Positions 9,083 to 17,444 of a stretch of 27,702 nt of DNA are shown here, piece after piece. Under the pieces are notes generated by a model, which saw only the letters and a program-made list of their open reading frames with translations, was not told where the DNA came from and searched no databases. The DNA comes from a virus (taxonomy: Duplodnaviria; Caudoviricetes), in IMG/VR virus record IMGVR_UViG_3300020044_003756, positions 1 to 27,702 of that record, one strand, 5' to 3'. A program made the position numbers and the translations under genes. Every line of letters begins with the position of its first letter. Positions within the stretch are counted from its first letter, which is position 1.

Positions 9083-9300
9083 TATACGAATAGGTTATAA
9101 ATTATAAATATCCAAATCGAGATATTTACAGAAATGAATGTTGTTCGCCATAAATAATGTTTCCACATTTCTAGCTTTCGTTTCCCTTGCGCAAAACGTC
9201 CTTCTTTGCTGTCGCTTTTCATGTTCAATTTTATGAACTCTAAACAAGCGACCATTTCGCTTGCTTTATTTTGAAGAAGTTGCTGTGAAGTTTGTCCCAT
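9082..9300 (-). CDS. small protein with C-terminal hydrophobic segment
   Basis: 72 aa; stop overlaps the tape measure start (TAATG); TM-like FISVNISIWIFIIYNLFV. Confidence 0.55.
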   Translation of the reverse strand: MGQTSQQLLQNKASEMVACLEFIKLNMKSDSKEGRFAQGKRKLEMWKHYLWRTTFISVNISIWIFIIYNLFV

Positions 9301-11899
9301 TGCTTATTAATGTTATTGTGTCTCTTATTCCGCTTAGTCCTATTGCCCCGCTACCTTGAACGGTTTCGCCTGTGTACGCTTGTATGGTCACGCTGTTTGC
9401 CGCTACGCTCTTTTGAATAACAAATTCACGGCCTGCAGTTGTTGTTGCGGACGGCAAATAGATAGTAATCGTTCCGCCTGTTGTATCTGCGAAAATCATT
9501 CGGTCAAAATTCGTTATAACATAGTCAGTTGTTATTGTTCTAACTGGCTGTGATATAGACGCTCCGAAGCTCACAGGCGCACCAAAGCGCGTTGGTGCTA
9601 ACGAAGGCGCTTGTTGCGTAATGAATGAACGCGTACCGATGTTTTGAACCGTAAAACAATTCTCTTTCGTTGGGTTCCAATAGTAGCCAAAGCGACGGCA
9701 ACAATCTTCGGTTATTGTCGCAGGATCTCCATTCGGAGTTTCCCATTCAATCGTTTGATTCTGGTTGGATGACACGGGTATAAGGTCGCAATCGTTGTCA
9801 ATGTCGAGTAAGCGAATGAGCTTCACCTTAGTGACGTCTTGTTCACCTACAACGTAACCTTCAATGTCTAACACGCGCCACCACGAATCAACAATCCAAA
9901 TTTTATCTGACCATTGAAAAGTAAAAATGTCGTTCAAAGTCAAAGCAAACATACCCTCTAAAATGCGCGCCTGTCCGTCGTATAATTCTCGGTAGTAGTT
10001 ACGCCACCAACGGTTGTAAAGATTCTCGTATGGGTTCGCTATTATTGTGTGCGGAGGAATTTCGGGCGCAAAGTTTAGGTCTTTGTCTCCTACATTTGCG
10101 TTCATTGTTGAGTAGTTGTTCAAACACTTAACCGCCGTTTGTTGAACGCTGTTTGTTGCCTCATTCCAAACGCTTACAAAGAAGTCCGCGAAGTAATAAA
10201 GGATACGCGGTTTAGGTTGCACAAATTGTCCTTCTGCGTTGATGAATCGAGGAACAACGACGTCTGTATTTTCGACAGGTGCGGAAGGTGTAGATGCAAA
10301 TGCTAACTCAATCTTTTCTTCGCCTGTTGCGAACTCATTGATTACTTCGAAGTCGTTCTCCGTTATTTCGTAGCGTCCGTAGATACGCCCGTTGTCTTTA
10401 TAGACTGTATTGAAATAGTCTCCGTCTTCCGCGTATGTGAAAGTAAACTTCGCCTTTTGAAGGTCGGTTGTTGGGTAGTACGTTATGTCTTTCGATAGGT
10501 CAAGTTTGTTTGTCCAGTCTAACGTGTTGCCGCTTGCGATGTACTCGACAAATGGTTCAATGCGTAGCGTGTTTGGTAGTGTGCGGTCGGGAACAAACGC
10601 AAGGTTAAACATCTTTTGAATTGACGTTATAAAATCAATTTGCTTCATGTCGGGCGCGTTGTACTGCATTACGCAAGTGTCACCAATTAGTGACGTTCCA
10701 ACGCTTACAAGTTCGACGCCAGTTCCTGTATAATCATTTGATCCGTTACCTGTAAAATCAATTTCCATTGTTCCATTTCCTGTTGTAAATGGTTGAGCTG
10801 CAAAAACAAATTTTACTTGATCTCCTGAGGTAAGTGAAAGTGAAATATTTCCCGTTGTACTTAAATCGTTTGTTGTACTATTTCCGTAAGAATAAATAAT
10901 AGTGTCTTGTTGTGTATAAAAAACATCGTTAATTTTTGCAGTAAAGCCAAACAATACTACACTTATATTCGTTCCGCCTGTTGAAGTAGCTTGTCCATTC
11001 ATCCACAACTTAAAAGTAAAATCTCCTGTAAAAGGTGCGGTATAAATTCCACCGCTCCAATCGTTCCCCGCATCTTCGTACTCTGTAAAACTTGGGTATA
11101 TATTATAAAATTGATTGTTATTTGCAAACGCTATATTGTTTAAATTAGACGAAAGAGCCAACGTACTTGCAATGTCGTTTAACCCTAACGAGCTATTCAA
11201 ATACTGCCCGTTCACAAAAGGAACGTACACGTTATCTAAACAATTCGCGAGGTTATCGCTTGTCCATTGTATGCCTGCGTCTTGCATGATTTGTTCGAAC
11301 AAGTAATACGCTTTTACTGCGGGTGTTAATTGCCCCACGCGTAACGCTAATTCGTCGTTCCAATAGATAGGTTGTCCTAACGGGTTACTTGCTGTTAAAT
11401 TCCACTTATCGCATAGCGTCAAAATCGTATGTTCGTTGGGTGGTGTTTCAACGTTTTCATGAAGTAAGTCATAGTCCAAGTCACCCGCAACAATGCTTTC
11501 AATATCGCGTAATTTCTTTTCATTCAACAAACGCGCAAGGCTCGGTACTTCGCCGAAGAACACCACCTCAAATTCGAACAACTTACCACTTTGCCAGTAC
11601 AATTTCTTGACCTGAATATGTCCCGTTGAAATGGGTATAGTGTTAACGTTTATTGACGCTTCAACCTTCTTGCGAAAGTCAAACCAACCATTGAAGTTTA
11701 CGTTGAAGATAGCACCGAAGAAATCGACATTTGTTTTGCTTGCGGGTATGCGAAATTCCTGAGAGTAGCTACCAACCGAACTAAAGTCCGTTAGATCCGT
11801 GAACTTGTAGTTCAAGTGCATCTTCTCGTTTTCGTACAAGTCGATAGTCGCCGCGTTGCCGTTGCTATCGGTAAGCGTAAGTATTACTTCATTTATCAT
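9266..11899 (-). CDS. tail tip / baseplate hub (Tal-like) protein
   Basis: 877 aa; IDLY...YSQEFRIPAS..N..FF start, DFI.SI.KMFNL and DWT.K.D motifs; beta-rich central insert and fibre-like C-terminus. Confidence 0.7.
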   Translation of the reverse strand: MINEVILTLTDSNGNAATIDLYENEKMHLNYKFTDLTDFSSVGSYSQEFRIPASKTNVDFFGAIFNVNFNGWFDFRKKVEASINVNTIPISTGHIQVKKLYWQSGKLFEFEVVFFGEVPSLARLLNEKKLRDIESIVAGDLDYDLLHENVETPPNEHTILTLCDKWNLTASNPLGQPIYWNDELALRVGQLTPAVKAYYLFEQIMQDAGIQWTSDNLANCLDNVYVPFVNGQYLNSSLGLNDIASTLALSSNLNNIAFANNNQFYNIYPSFTEYEDAGNDWSGGIYTAPFTGDFTFKLWMNGQATSTGGTNISVVLFGFTAKINDVFYTQQDTIIYSYGNSTTNDLSTTGNISLSLTSGDQVKFVFAAQPFTTGNGTMEIDFTGNGSNDYTGTGVELVSVGTSLIGDTCVMQYNAPDMKQIDFITSIQKMFNLAFVPDRTLPNTLRIEPFVEYIASGNTLDWTNKLDLSKDITYYPTTDLQKAKFTFTYAEDGDYFNTVYKDNGRIYGRYEITENDFEVINEFATGEEKIELAFASTPSAPVENTDVVVPRFINAEGQFVQPKPRILYYFADFFVSVWNEATNSVQQTAVKCLNNYSTMNANVGDKDLNFAPEIPPHTIIANPYENLYNRWWRNYYRELYDGQARILEGMFALTLNDIFTFQWSDKIWIVDSWWRVLDIEGYVVGEQDVTKVKLIRLLDIDNDCDLIPVSSNQNQTIEWETPNGDPATITEDCCRRFGYYWNPTKENCFTVQNIGTRSFITQQAPSLAPTRFGAPVSFGASISQPVRTITTDYVITNFDRMIFADTTGGTITIYLPSATTTAGREFVIQKSVAANSVTIQAYTGETVQGSGAIGLSGIRDTITLISNGTNFTATSSK

Positions 11900-13134
11900 A
11901 AGCCAACGGGTTGAGAGTATTTCAAGTTCAAAGTAACGTTGTATAATTTCGAATAGCGTTCGTCCTTAATAACGAAGTTCTGAGTATCGACAAGAACGGG
12001 CGTTTGCGTGCCGTCGTCGTTGATTATGTAGACGTCGTTAGAACGACAAAGCGTTTGAAGTAAGTTAAACTCTCCAACCGAAACCCAATCGCTGTTTATT
12101 TGTAGCCCTTTTGTTGTTGTCACATAACGGTCGGTTTTTCCTCGGTCGTAAGTGTTGAATGAAAATGTTGAAGCGTTGTAAGTACCTACCACTTTTTGGT
12201 ATTGTTTTCTGTCGTAGTTGTAGGATAGTTCCGACTTCTTCGTGAAGTTGAAGTAATCAACACCACCGCAAGTATTCGCCCAACCCAAACGAACATTGTC
12301 AAACTTGCAATCGTTAGGAACAAGATAAAAACAATACACGCGTGAGCGTGCGCTATAAACGGGGAACGCGGTTTCTTTTCCAATTTGTATAGTGTAGTAT
12401 TTAACGTCGGTAAAGTCCATTCCATTTGCAACCAAGTTCATCGGGTTGGCGCAGAAATAATTCACTACGTTGTTTGCGTCCGACATTGCTAAAGCTATTG
12501 TTTCAACCAACGTGTCGCTATCGTCGTATGTTGTAATAACTGCAATATCAAAGTCATTAAGTTCAAGTAAAGCCGTCGCTGAAGGTGCGTATAAAACACC
12601 ATAATCACTTAAGCGTGTCGGTATGTAAACGTATTCGCTCGAAAGACCACGCGCAGGTGCTTCAATCCACTTGTGCGTGTCCTTCGTTCTTTCACTCATT
12701 AAGTACTTTTGTATTCTGTCCAATGAATATCTTATGCTCGGTTCGGGACGATAGCCGTCTGAAACTTGGTATTCAGCAAGGAAGGCGAACACGTCGTTTA
12801 TGTCAGCCATTCCGCTACCGCTAACGGTGAACACTCCGTCAACCAACCAACCTTCTTTTATCGTGCAACTGATATTCGCCACACTTGAATACTCAACGTC
12901 GTTTTCAGCAATTAAATGCGCGTTCGCTTTGTGTTGAAGTTGTTCGCGGAAGATAGGCGCAAGGTCTAAAATTCCTTTGTTCGATGCGTTGGGTTGTACG
13001 TTGACTTGGAACGAACCGAAGTCGAACACAAAACGAAAGCCAGTGTTCGCGACGTTGGTTGAAGATGCAACGATCATTAACCGCTGACCTATGGGTGTGT
13101 ATTCGAATGGTTGGTCGTCTATTGTAATTGCCAT
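11896..13134 (-). CDS. tail protein (distal-tail / baseplate-like)
   Basis: 412 aa; W.N..GG.DYF.F and NSDW motifs of Bacteroidota phage tail proteins; ATGA-coupled to the hub gene. Confidence 0.65.
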   Translation of the reverse strand: MAITIDDQPFEYTPIGQRLMIVASSTNVANTGFRFVFDFGSFQVNVQPNASNKGILDLAPIFREQLQHKANAHLIAENDVEYSSVANISCTIKEGWLVDGVFTVSGSGMADINDVFAFLAEYQVSDGYRPEPSIRYSLDRIQKYLMSERTKDTHKWIEAPARGLSSEYVYIPTRLSDYGVLYAPSATALLELNDFDIAVITTYDDSDTLVETIALAMSDANNVVNYFCANPMNLVANGMDFTDVKYYTIQIGKETAFPVYSARSRVYCFYLVPNDCKFDNVRLGWANTCGGVDYFNFTKKSELSYNYDRKQYQKVVGTYNASTFSFNTYDRGKTDRYVTTTKGLQINSDWVSVGEFNLLQTLCRSNDVYIINDDGTQTPVLVDTQNFVIKDERYSKLYNVTLNLKYSQPVGL

Positions 13135-13137
13135 GTT

Positions 13138-13740
13138 TTAAATATCTTTTATTTGTTCGTCTATTGTTACTCCGAAGTCTTTGCCGTACGCTTCGAATAT
13201 CTTCGCTTCGTATTCGTCCCAAATGTTTTCGTATGCGTAGTCAAACGCTTTCCACCCCTTTATTCCGTCCCTTCTTACTTTAAACATAATGAGTTTTGCA
13301 ACCGTTTGTTTTAGTTCTTCGGTCGACTTCTTAAACTTTCCTGTTCCCTTGTCGCGTAGACGAATACCCTTTATCGACATCCAGTCGTATATCGCTTTTT
13401 GCATAGGCGACATTTGACCTTTTGCGGGTTTGCTTCCGCTACCTTTCTTAAATGAGTAAGGCGCGTTTTGCGACTTGCTTGTTCCGTTTACGCCGTCCTC
13501 ACGGAAGAGAAAATACTTTGCAGCGTTGCCCTTCGCGTAGACGGAAACGTTTATTTCTTTGCCTTTAATTTTGAGGCGATACTTCAAAGACTTTTCGAGC
13601 GTTCCACTTGCTACCGCGTTGGTGAAGTTCTTGCCCACCTTTCGCTTCATGCGATAGTCGGACTGCATCAATTCGACAAAGCGTTTAGCCATGTCGTTCA
13701 CAACAGCGAAGAAGTTGGGCGCGCTCTGTTCGTTAGCCAT
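13138..13740 (-). CDS. tail completion protein (HK97 gp10-like / neck)
   Basis: Likely start MANEQS at 13740; basic protein with ASG.L..SL, I.DW...KGI and R.GIK motifs. Confidence 0.6.
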   Translation of the reverse strand: MANEQSAPNFFAVVNDMAKRFVELMQSDYRMKRKVGKNFTNAVASGTLEKSLKYRLKIKGKEINVSVYAKGNAAKYFLFREDGVNGTSKSQNAPYSFKKGSGSKPAKGQMSPMQKAIYDWMSIKGIRLRDKGTGKFKKSTEELKQTVAKLIMFKVRRDGIKGWKAFDYAYENIWDEYEAKIFEAYGKDFGVTIDEQIKDI

Positions 13741-13933
13741 TGTTGTAAATTTCAAAAGCCGTAGCAGGATCATCAAGCAATAAAGCAACGAAGTGTTTTA
13801 TCTTTTTATCATCTACAAAATCTGCTATCATCTTTGAGTAAGCATTGTCTGCGCTATCTAAAATAAAAATTATTTCATTAACACGAAGCTCAAATAAGCT
13901 GCTCTCATAAATTGGTGCGTATGTATAATTCAT
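13733..13933 (-). CDS. small hypothetical protein following the fibre gene (possible fibre accessory)
   Basis: 66 aa tightly packed between the fibre and neck genes; AT-rich. Confidence 0.55.
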   Translation of the reverse strand: MNYTYAPIYESSLFELRVNEIIFILDSADNAYSKMIADFVDDKKIKHFVALLLDDPATAFEIYNNG

Positions 13934-13936
13934 ATT

Positions 13937-15754
13937 TTACTTAATGTGAAATCCAAAAGATAAAATACCACTACTTGCTGAAGTAGATTGCACAATTCTT
14001 ATACTCAGTTCGTCTCCATCCGCTACGGTAAAAGTGTTTGCAGTAGTGCTGTATAAAGCCCCTGCCGAACTGACTGGAATAGTAAATGTCATTGCTGTGG
14101 CTACTCCGTTTTTCATTAGCGTTATAGCCATTGATCCCGTCATAACTCCAGAAGTTCTTAAAAAAAGTCTGCTTACCGTTCCTGATAATACGCACGTTCT
14201 GCGTGTCGTTTCTGATGTGTTAGCAGTGCCCGCGCCTATTCCAATATAAGTTGTGCCTACCGATACGCCAGTTCCATTTAAGTTACCGCCCATTGCGTAA
14301 CCTTTCGCATTTAACTGAGTTTGTATTGAGCTTGTTGCATCTAAGAATCCGAGCGTTGTTGTTGTTACTGCATTGGCCGCTACTTTGCCGCTCGCATCTG
14401 AAACGAGCACTCTTGATGCTGTTAAATCTGCCGTTGTTATAGTGGTTGCCGCTCCTGTTATAGCCGCTTGCTTGCCGTTGAACGTAGTCCAATCTGTTGA
14501 GCTAAGATAACCGCTTACACTTGTTGTAGCTTGTGGTATTGATAGCGTTCTATTTGCTGACAAATCACCGCCACCACTAAGAGGCGCTGTCGTGCTTATT
14601 GTTCTCGTTGTTGGAACTTTCGTACTATCTAAATGCTCGAGCGCATCGTCTGCATTCGTTCCTGTGACCGTTGAATCGTTTTGTACTTGCGATGTCTTTA
14701 ACTTGCTATGCTGCCATTGAAAAGGCTGTTGACCAAACGGAGTAGAAACATAAACCCAAGTATCGTCAACCGCTGGCGCACCGCTTTGGAAGTCTACTCC
14801 GTGAACGCGATGTACCGTTGGATTAGGATAGTTTCCTTGAAGGTCTCCCCCTGCTGCTCCGTTCGGCGGTAGCGTTGTTGGTATCGTTGGCTTGTTTAAT
14901 ATCTCAGCTACTCCGCTCGTTGCGTTCCAGTCTGAATTAACTTGCGCTGCGGGTATCGTTGGTTTATTATCAAGGTCATCGTAGTCATTCGAGAAACCCA
15001 CCGCGCTTATACTTGTAATGTCAGCCTTTAAAAGTATTTCTTCTTCGAGCGCGTCAATGGCAGCTTCGATGTCTATAATCGTTTGACAGTCTCCTATTGT
15101 TTCACACGTTATACCGCCTGCGTCCAAAAGATACCAACCGCGCACCCCTTCGTCGTCCGTGCCGTAGTAATAATTTGCAGCGGGTTCGGCTTCGTCGTTC
15201 ACTAAAGACACGTTGCCGTTTTCGTCGCGAACTATTGAATCAATAAACGTCAAGATTGAACCCGTGCCACCGCTTCCGCTTTCGAAAAAATCGTTCCATT
15301 CGGCGGGTATGCTGCATGCGTCCCAATAGTAAGGAACAAGCAAGTCTAAACTAATCGTCCAACCCGTTAGCGTGTTGTGAAACTCTTCGAGGAATGGTTC
15401 TAACGAAACGTTTTGTACCGTGATTAAGTCGCCGAACAAAACGCGGTGGTTTGTTATTTCGGCAATTAAATCTTCAGCGATTCGTTGAAGGTCGGACAAC
15501 ACCTCGCGTTGAAATTCAACCTTATCGTCTTTGTCGCGCGGAAGATCCGCAAGGACAATCTGAAAACTAAACGTCTTCATTCCCTTCGCATACGTTACGT
15601 TGGAAGGTACGACGTGCATGAATGGATACTCGGTAAACTTTTCAAGGTCAGCCGTGTCTATTTGCCCGTGTGAAAAGGTCTTAAGTATAAAGTGTCCAGA
15701 AGCGAAAGCCTTGAACCTATCGATAAGCGCGTTGTAACTTTGTACGTTCGACAT
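13937..15754 (-). CDS. tail terminator-like domain fused to fibre repeats
   Basis: Likely start MSNVQS at 15754. The first ~150 aa (YP..HV.P, EPF.E.F...L.GW) resemble a tail terminator. The rest has fibre motifs (QVNSDWNATSG...LNKPTIP; APLSGGGDLSANRTLSI; GYLSSTDW.TFN.KQ) and a beta-rich tip. Confidence 0.65.
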   Translation of the reverse strand: MSNVQSYNALIDRFKAFASGHFILKTFSHGQIDTADLEKFTEYPFMHVVPSNVTYAKGMKTFSFQIVLADLPRDKDDKVEFQREVLSDLQRIAEDLIAEITNHRVLFGDLITVQNVSLEPFLEEFHNTLTGWTISLDLLVPYYWDACSIPAEWNDFFESGSGGTGSILTFIDSIVRDENGNVSLVNDEAEPAANYYYGTDDEGVRGWYLLDAGGITCETIGDCQTIIDIEAAIDALEEEILLKADITSISAVGFSNDYDDLDNKPTIPAAQVNSDWNATSGVAEILNKPTIPTTLPPNGAAGGDLQGNYPNPTVHRVHGVDFQSGAPAVDDTWVYVSTPFGQQPFQWQHSKLKTSQVQNDSTVTGTNADDALEHLDSTKVPTTRTISTTAPLSGGGDLSANRTLSIPQATTSVSGYLSSTDWTTFNGKQAAITGAATTITTADLTASRVLVSDASGKVAANAVTTTTLGFLDATSSIQTQLNAKGYAMGGNLNGTGVSVGTTYIGIGAGTANTSETTRRTCVLSGTVSRLFLRTSGVMTGSMAITLMKNGVATAMTFTIPVSSAGALYSTTANTFTVADGDELSIRIVQSTSASSGILSFGFHIK

Positions 15755-15998
15755 AGTTGTAATCAATTAAGTAAGTCATAAATGTAAATATCTCCCAAGC
15801 GCTTTTTTCCGTAATTGCGTCCAACTTTGTTATGTCGCGCCCGCACGCTTCCATAAACAAATGATACCAACCGTATCGACCAAGTACTTGGTTTAGTCCT
15901 TCGCGGTCATCAATTGCTCCGTCTCCGTCTGTAATTTCTTCACCTCTGTCTCCAAATAATCGAGCGAAGTGTTGCTTAGTTCTTTGAGCAAAGTCGAA
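15717..15998 (-). CDS. -1 frameshift extension of the tail assembly chaperone (gpGT-like C-terminal part)
   Basis: A 94-codon open frame without an early ATG begins at the T9 slippery run: FDFAQRTKQHFARLF...RYGWYHLFMEACGRDITKLDAITEKSAWEIFTFMTYL...AYR*. It covers the otherwise empty 15755-15892 gap. Confidence 0.75.
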   Translation of the reverse strand, partial: FDFAQRTKQHFARLFGDRGEEITDGDGAIDDREGLNQVLGRYGWYHLFMEACGRDITKLDAITEKSAWEIFTFMTYLIDYNYVERTKLQRAYR

Positions 15999-16474
15999 AA
16001 AAAAAGCAGCGCGCCGTTGAATTGTTCAAGTGTCATCTGTTCGACGTAGCCTTGCACTTGTTCGCGGTTTTGTTTGGTGTGCGGTACTAAGGTGTACTTC
16101 GAACCAACGCGCTTGTCAATGGGGCGGTAAAGCGTTCCCATGATTTTTACCATGTTCGCGTTGACGTCTGCAGCCCAAGTGCTTATGTCGGCGTATTCGC
16201 CCATTGAGATAGCGTAAAGGTCGGGAATGAAACCAAAGTCCCTGTCTTTAATTGTTATCGTCTCGAAGAACTTTGCTGTTTCCATTTGCAACGTCTCCTG
16301 AAACGCACCTAACAAGGTCGGCAAATGTTGGAAGGGAATTTGTTCCGCTTGTTCTTTCAGTAGGTTACTAATGCTAACCAACTTGTCGATGTCGTTCTTC
16401 GCCGCGTGGAAGTCAACGTATTGCTTGACGGTTATCGACGCGTAGTCAGCTGGTATGCTTACTTTGATGCTCAT
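15893..16474 (-). CDS. tail assembly chaperone (gpG-like)
   Basis: 193 aa; FGFIPDL..IS.GEY.D and LYRP motifs; slippery CTT TTT TTT TCG at 15995-16006. Confidence 0.7.
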   Translation of the reverse strand: MSIKVSIPADYASITVKQYVDFHAAKNDIDKLVSISNLLKEQAEQIPFQHLPTLLGAFQETLQMETAKFFETITIKDRDFGFIPDLYAISMGEYADISTWAADVNANMVKIMGTLYRPIDKRVGSKYTLVPHTKQNREQVQGYVEQMTLEQFNGALLFFSTLLKELSNTSLDYLETEVKKLQTETEQLMTAKD

Positions 16475-16516
16475 TTGTTTGTTGTTTAATATCTACAATA
16501 TCAATTCTTTTGTTGA

Positions 16517-16672
16517 CTACGAACCACAATAAAGACACCCTTCGTCGTCGTCGTCGATAGTGTTTGCTTCGTTGTAAATGCGTATCGCTTCCATTTCAAC
16601 CTGTTCTTTTGTCCACTCTGGATGAAAGGCGCTTATCTGTGATTTGAGAAAGTTCAATTTGTTTTCGCTCAT
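16517..16672 (-). CDS. small protein with acidic C-terminal CxxC tail (51 aa, ...DDDDEGCLYCGS)
   Basis: Translated by hand: MSENKLNFLKSQISAFHPEWTKEQVEMEAIRIYNEANTIDDDDEGCLYCGS. Confidence 0.7.
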   Translation of the reverse strand: MSENKLNFLKSQISAFHPEWTKEQVEMEAIRIYNEANTIDDDDEGCLYCGS

Positions 16673-16740
16673 TCCTTATTATACGTTTAGTTGTTCGTTC
16701 TTCGTCCCAAATTTAACCTACAATTGCGACAAAATCACAT

Positions 16741-16821
16741 TATAAAGTGTACCCTTTCGGGTTTGTTTATGTGCATTTATGTTCATTTTGCATATTGCTT
16801 TACCCGTTCGGGTGCGTTATA
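16741..16821. repeat. pair of 12-bp palindromes ACCC-N4-GGGT within an imperfect inverted repeat
   Basis: ACCCTTTCGGGT (16751-16762) and ACCCGTTCGGGT (16802-16813), flanked by TATAA and TTATA. Confidence 0.45.
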
Positions 16822-17062
16822 CGATTAATTGTTCAACGTCTATTTGATGCTCTCGCATTAGTTCACGAATGTATTCAAACACTTCTTCAATCCCTTCCTG
16901 ATATGCGCCTTCTTGCCTTTCGTTGTACTTCGTGAACTTGCGGTAACCATTCATCTGTAACTCCCAAAGCATTGAAGCCATATCGAGAGCTTTAATCATT
17001 CGCATGTATTCGAAACGATCGTCTGAATCGGTAAGGTCGAAGGTTAGTGTTGCTTTGCTCAC
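16817..17062 (-). CDS. hypothetical phage protein
   Basis: 81 aa, GTG start overlapping the terS stop (GTGA); KATL.FDL N-terminus common in aquatic phages. Confidence 0.7.
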   Translation of the reverse strand: MSKATLTFDLTDSDDRFEYMRMIKALDMASMLWELQMNGYRKFTKYNERQEGAYQEGIEEVFEYIRELMREHQIDVEQLIV

Positions 17063-17418
17063 AGCTTGTCATTGATTATTATTTGTATCGGTTCGCTGTT
17101 GGCTCCTGTCAGTTCGGTCATTTGTTTCGGGTTGCCAAACGCACGGCTTAACAATGTCTCCAGCGAATATAAAGAACCTTTCTTCAACGAAGTCATCATT
17201 GCGTTGGCTATTGTCTTTTCAAGTATCGTCGCGTGCTTGTTGTCCCAAACGCTTTTCAGCTCGTCCATATCCATAGCCATCATTGCTTGTATGGTGTCGT
17301 TTATTTCGCTCAACTTGTAACCGCTTTCCTTCAACAACGAAACGTATTTCTTCGGACGTCCGTTGGGGTTTGCGTTGTTTCCTTTTGGAAAGGGTTTAAG
17401 GTTTTGTAGGTTAGCCAT
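17059..17418 (-). CDS. terS: terminase small subunit-like protein
   Basis: NLKPF.KG...NPNGRPKK N-terminus, R.FG.P.Q and ELTG.N.EPI C-terminus; follows ParB and modification genes as in many phages. Confidence 0.7.
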   Translation of the reverse strand: MANLQNLKPFPKGNNANPNGRPKKYVSLLKESGYKLSEINDTIQAMMAMDMDELKSVWDNKHATILEKTIANAMMTSLKKGSLYSLETLLSRAFGNPKQMTELTGANSEPIQIIINDKL

Positions 17419-17420
17419 TG

Positions 17421-17444
17421 TTCACGATTAATTCACGATTAATT
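17421..17444. repeat. 11-bp tandem duplication (TTCACGATTAA x2 + TT)
   Basis: 17421-17431 and 17432-17442 are identical and fill the mom-terS spacer. Confidence 0.8.
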
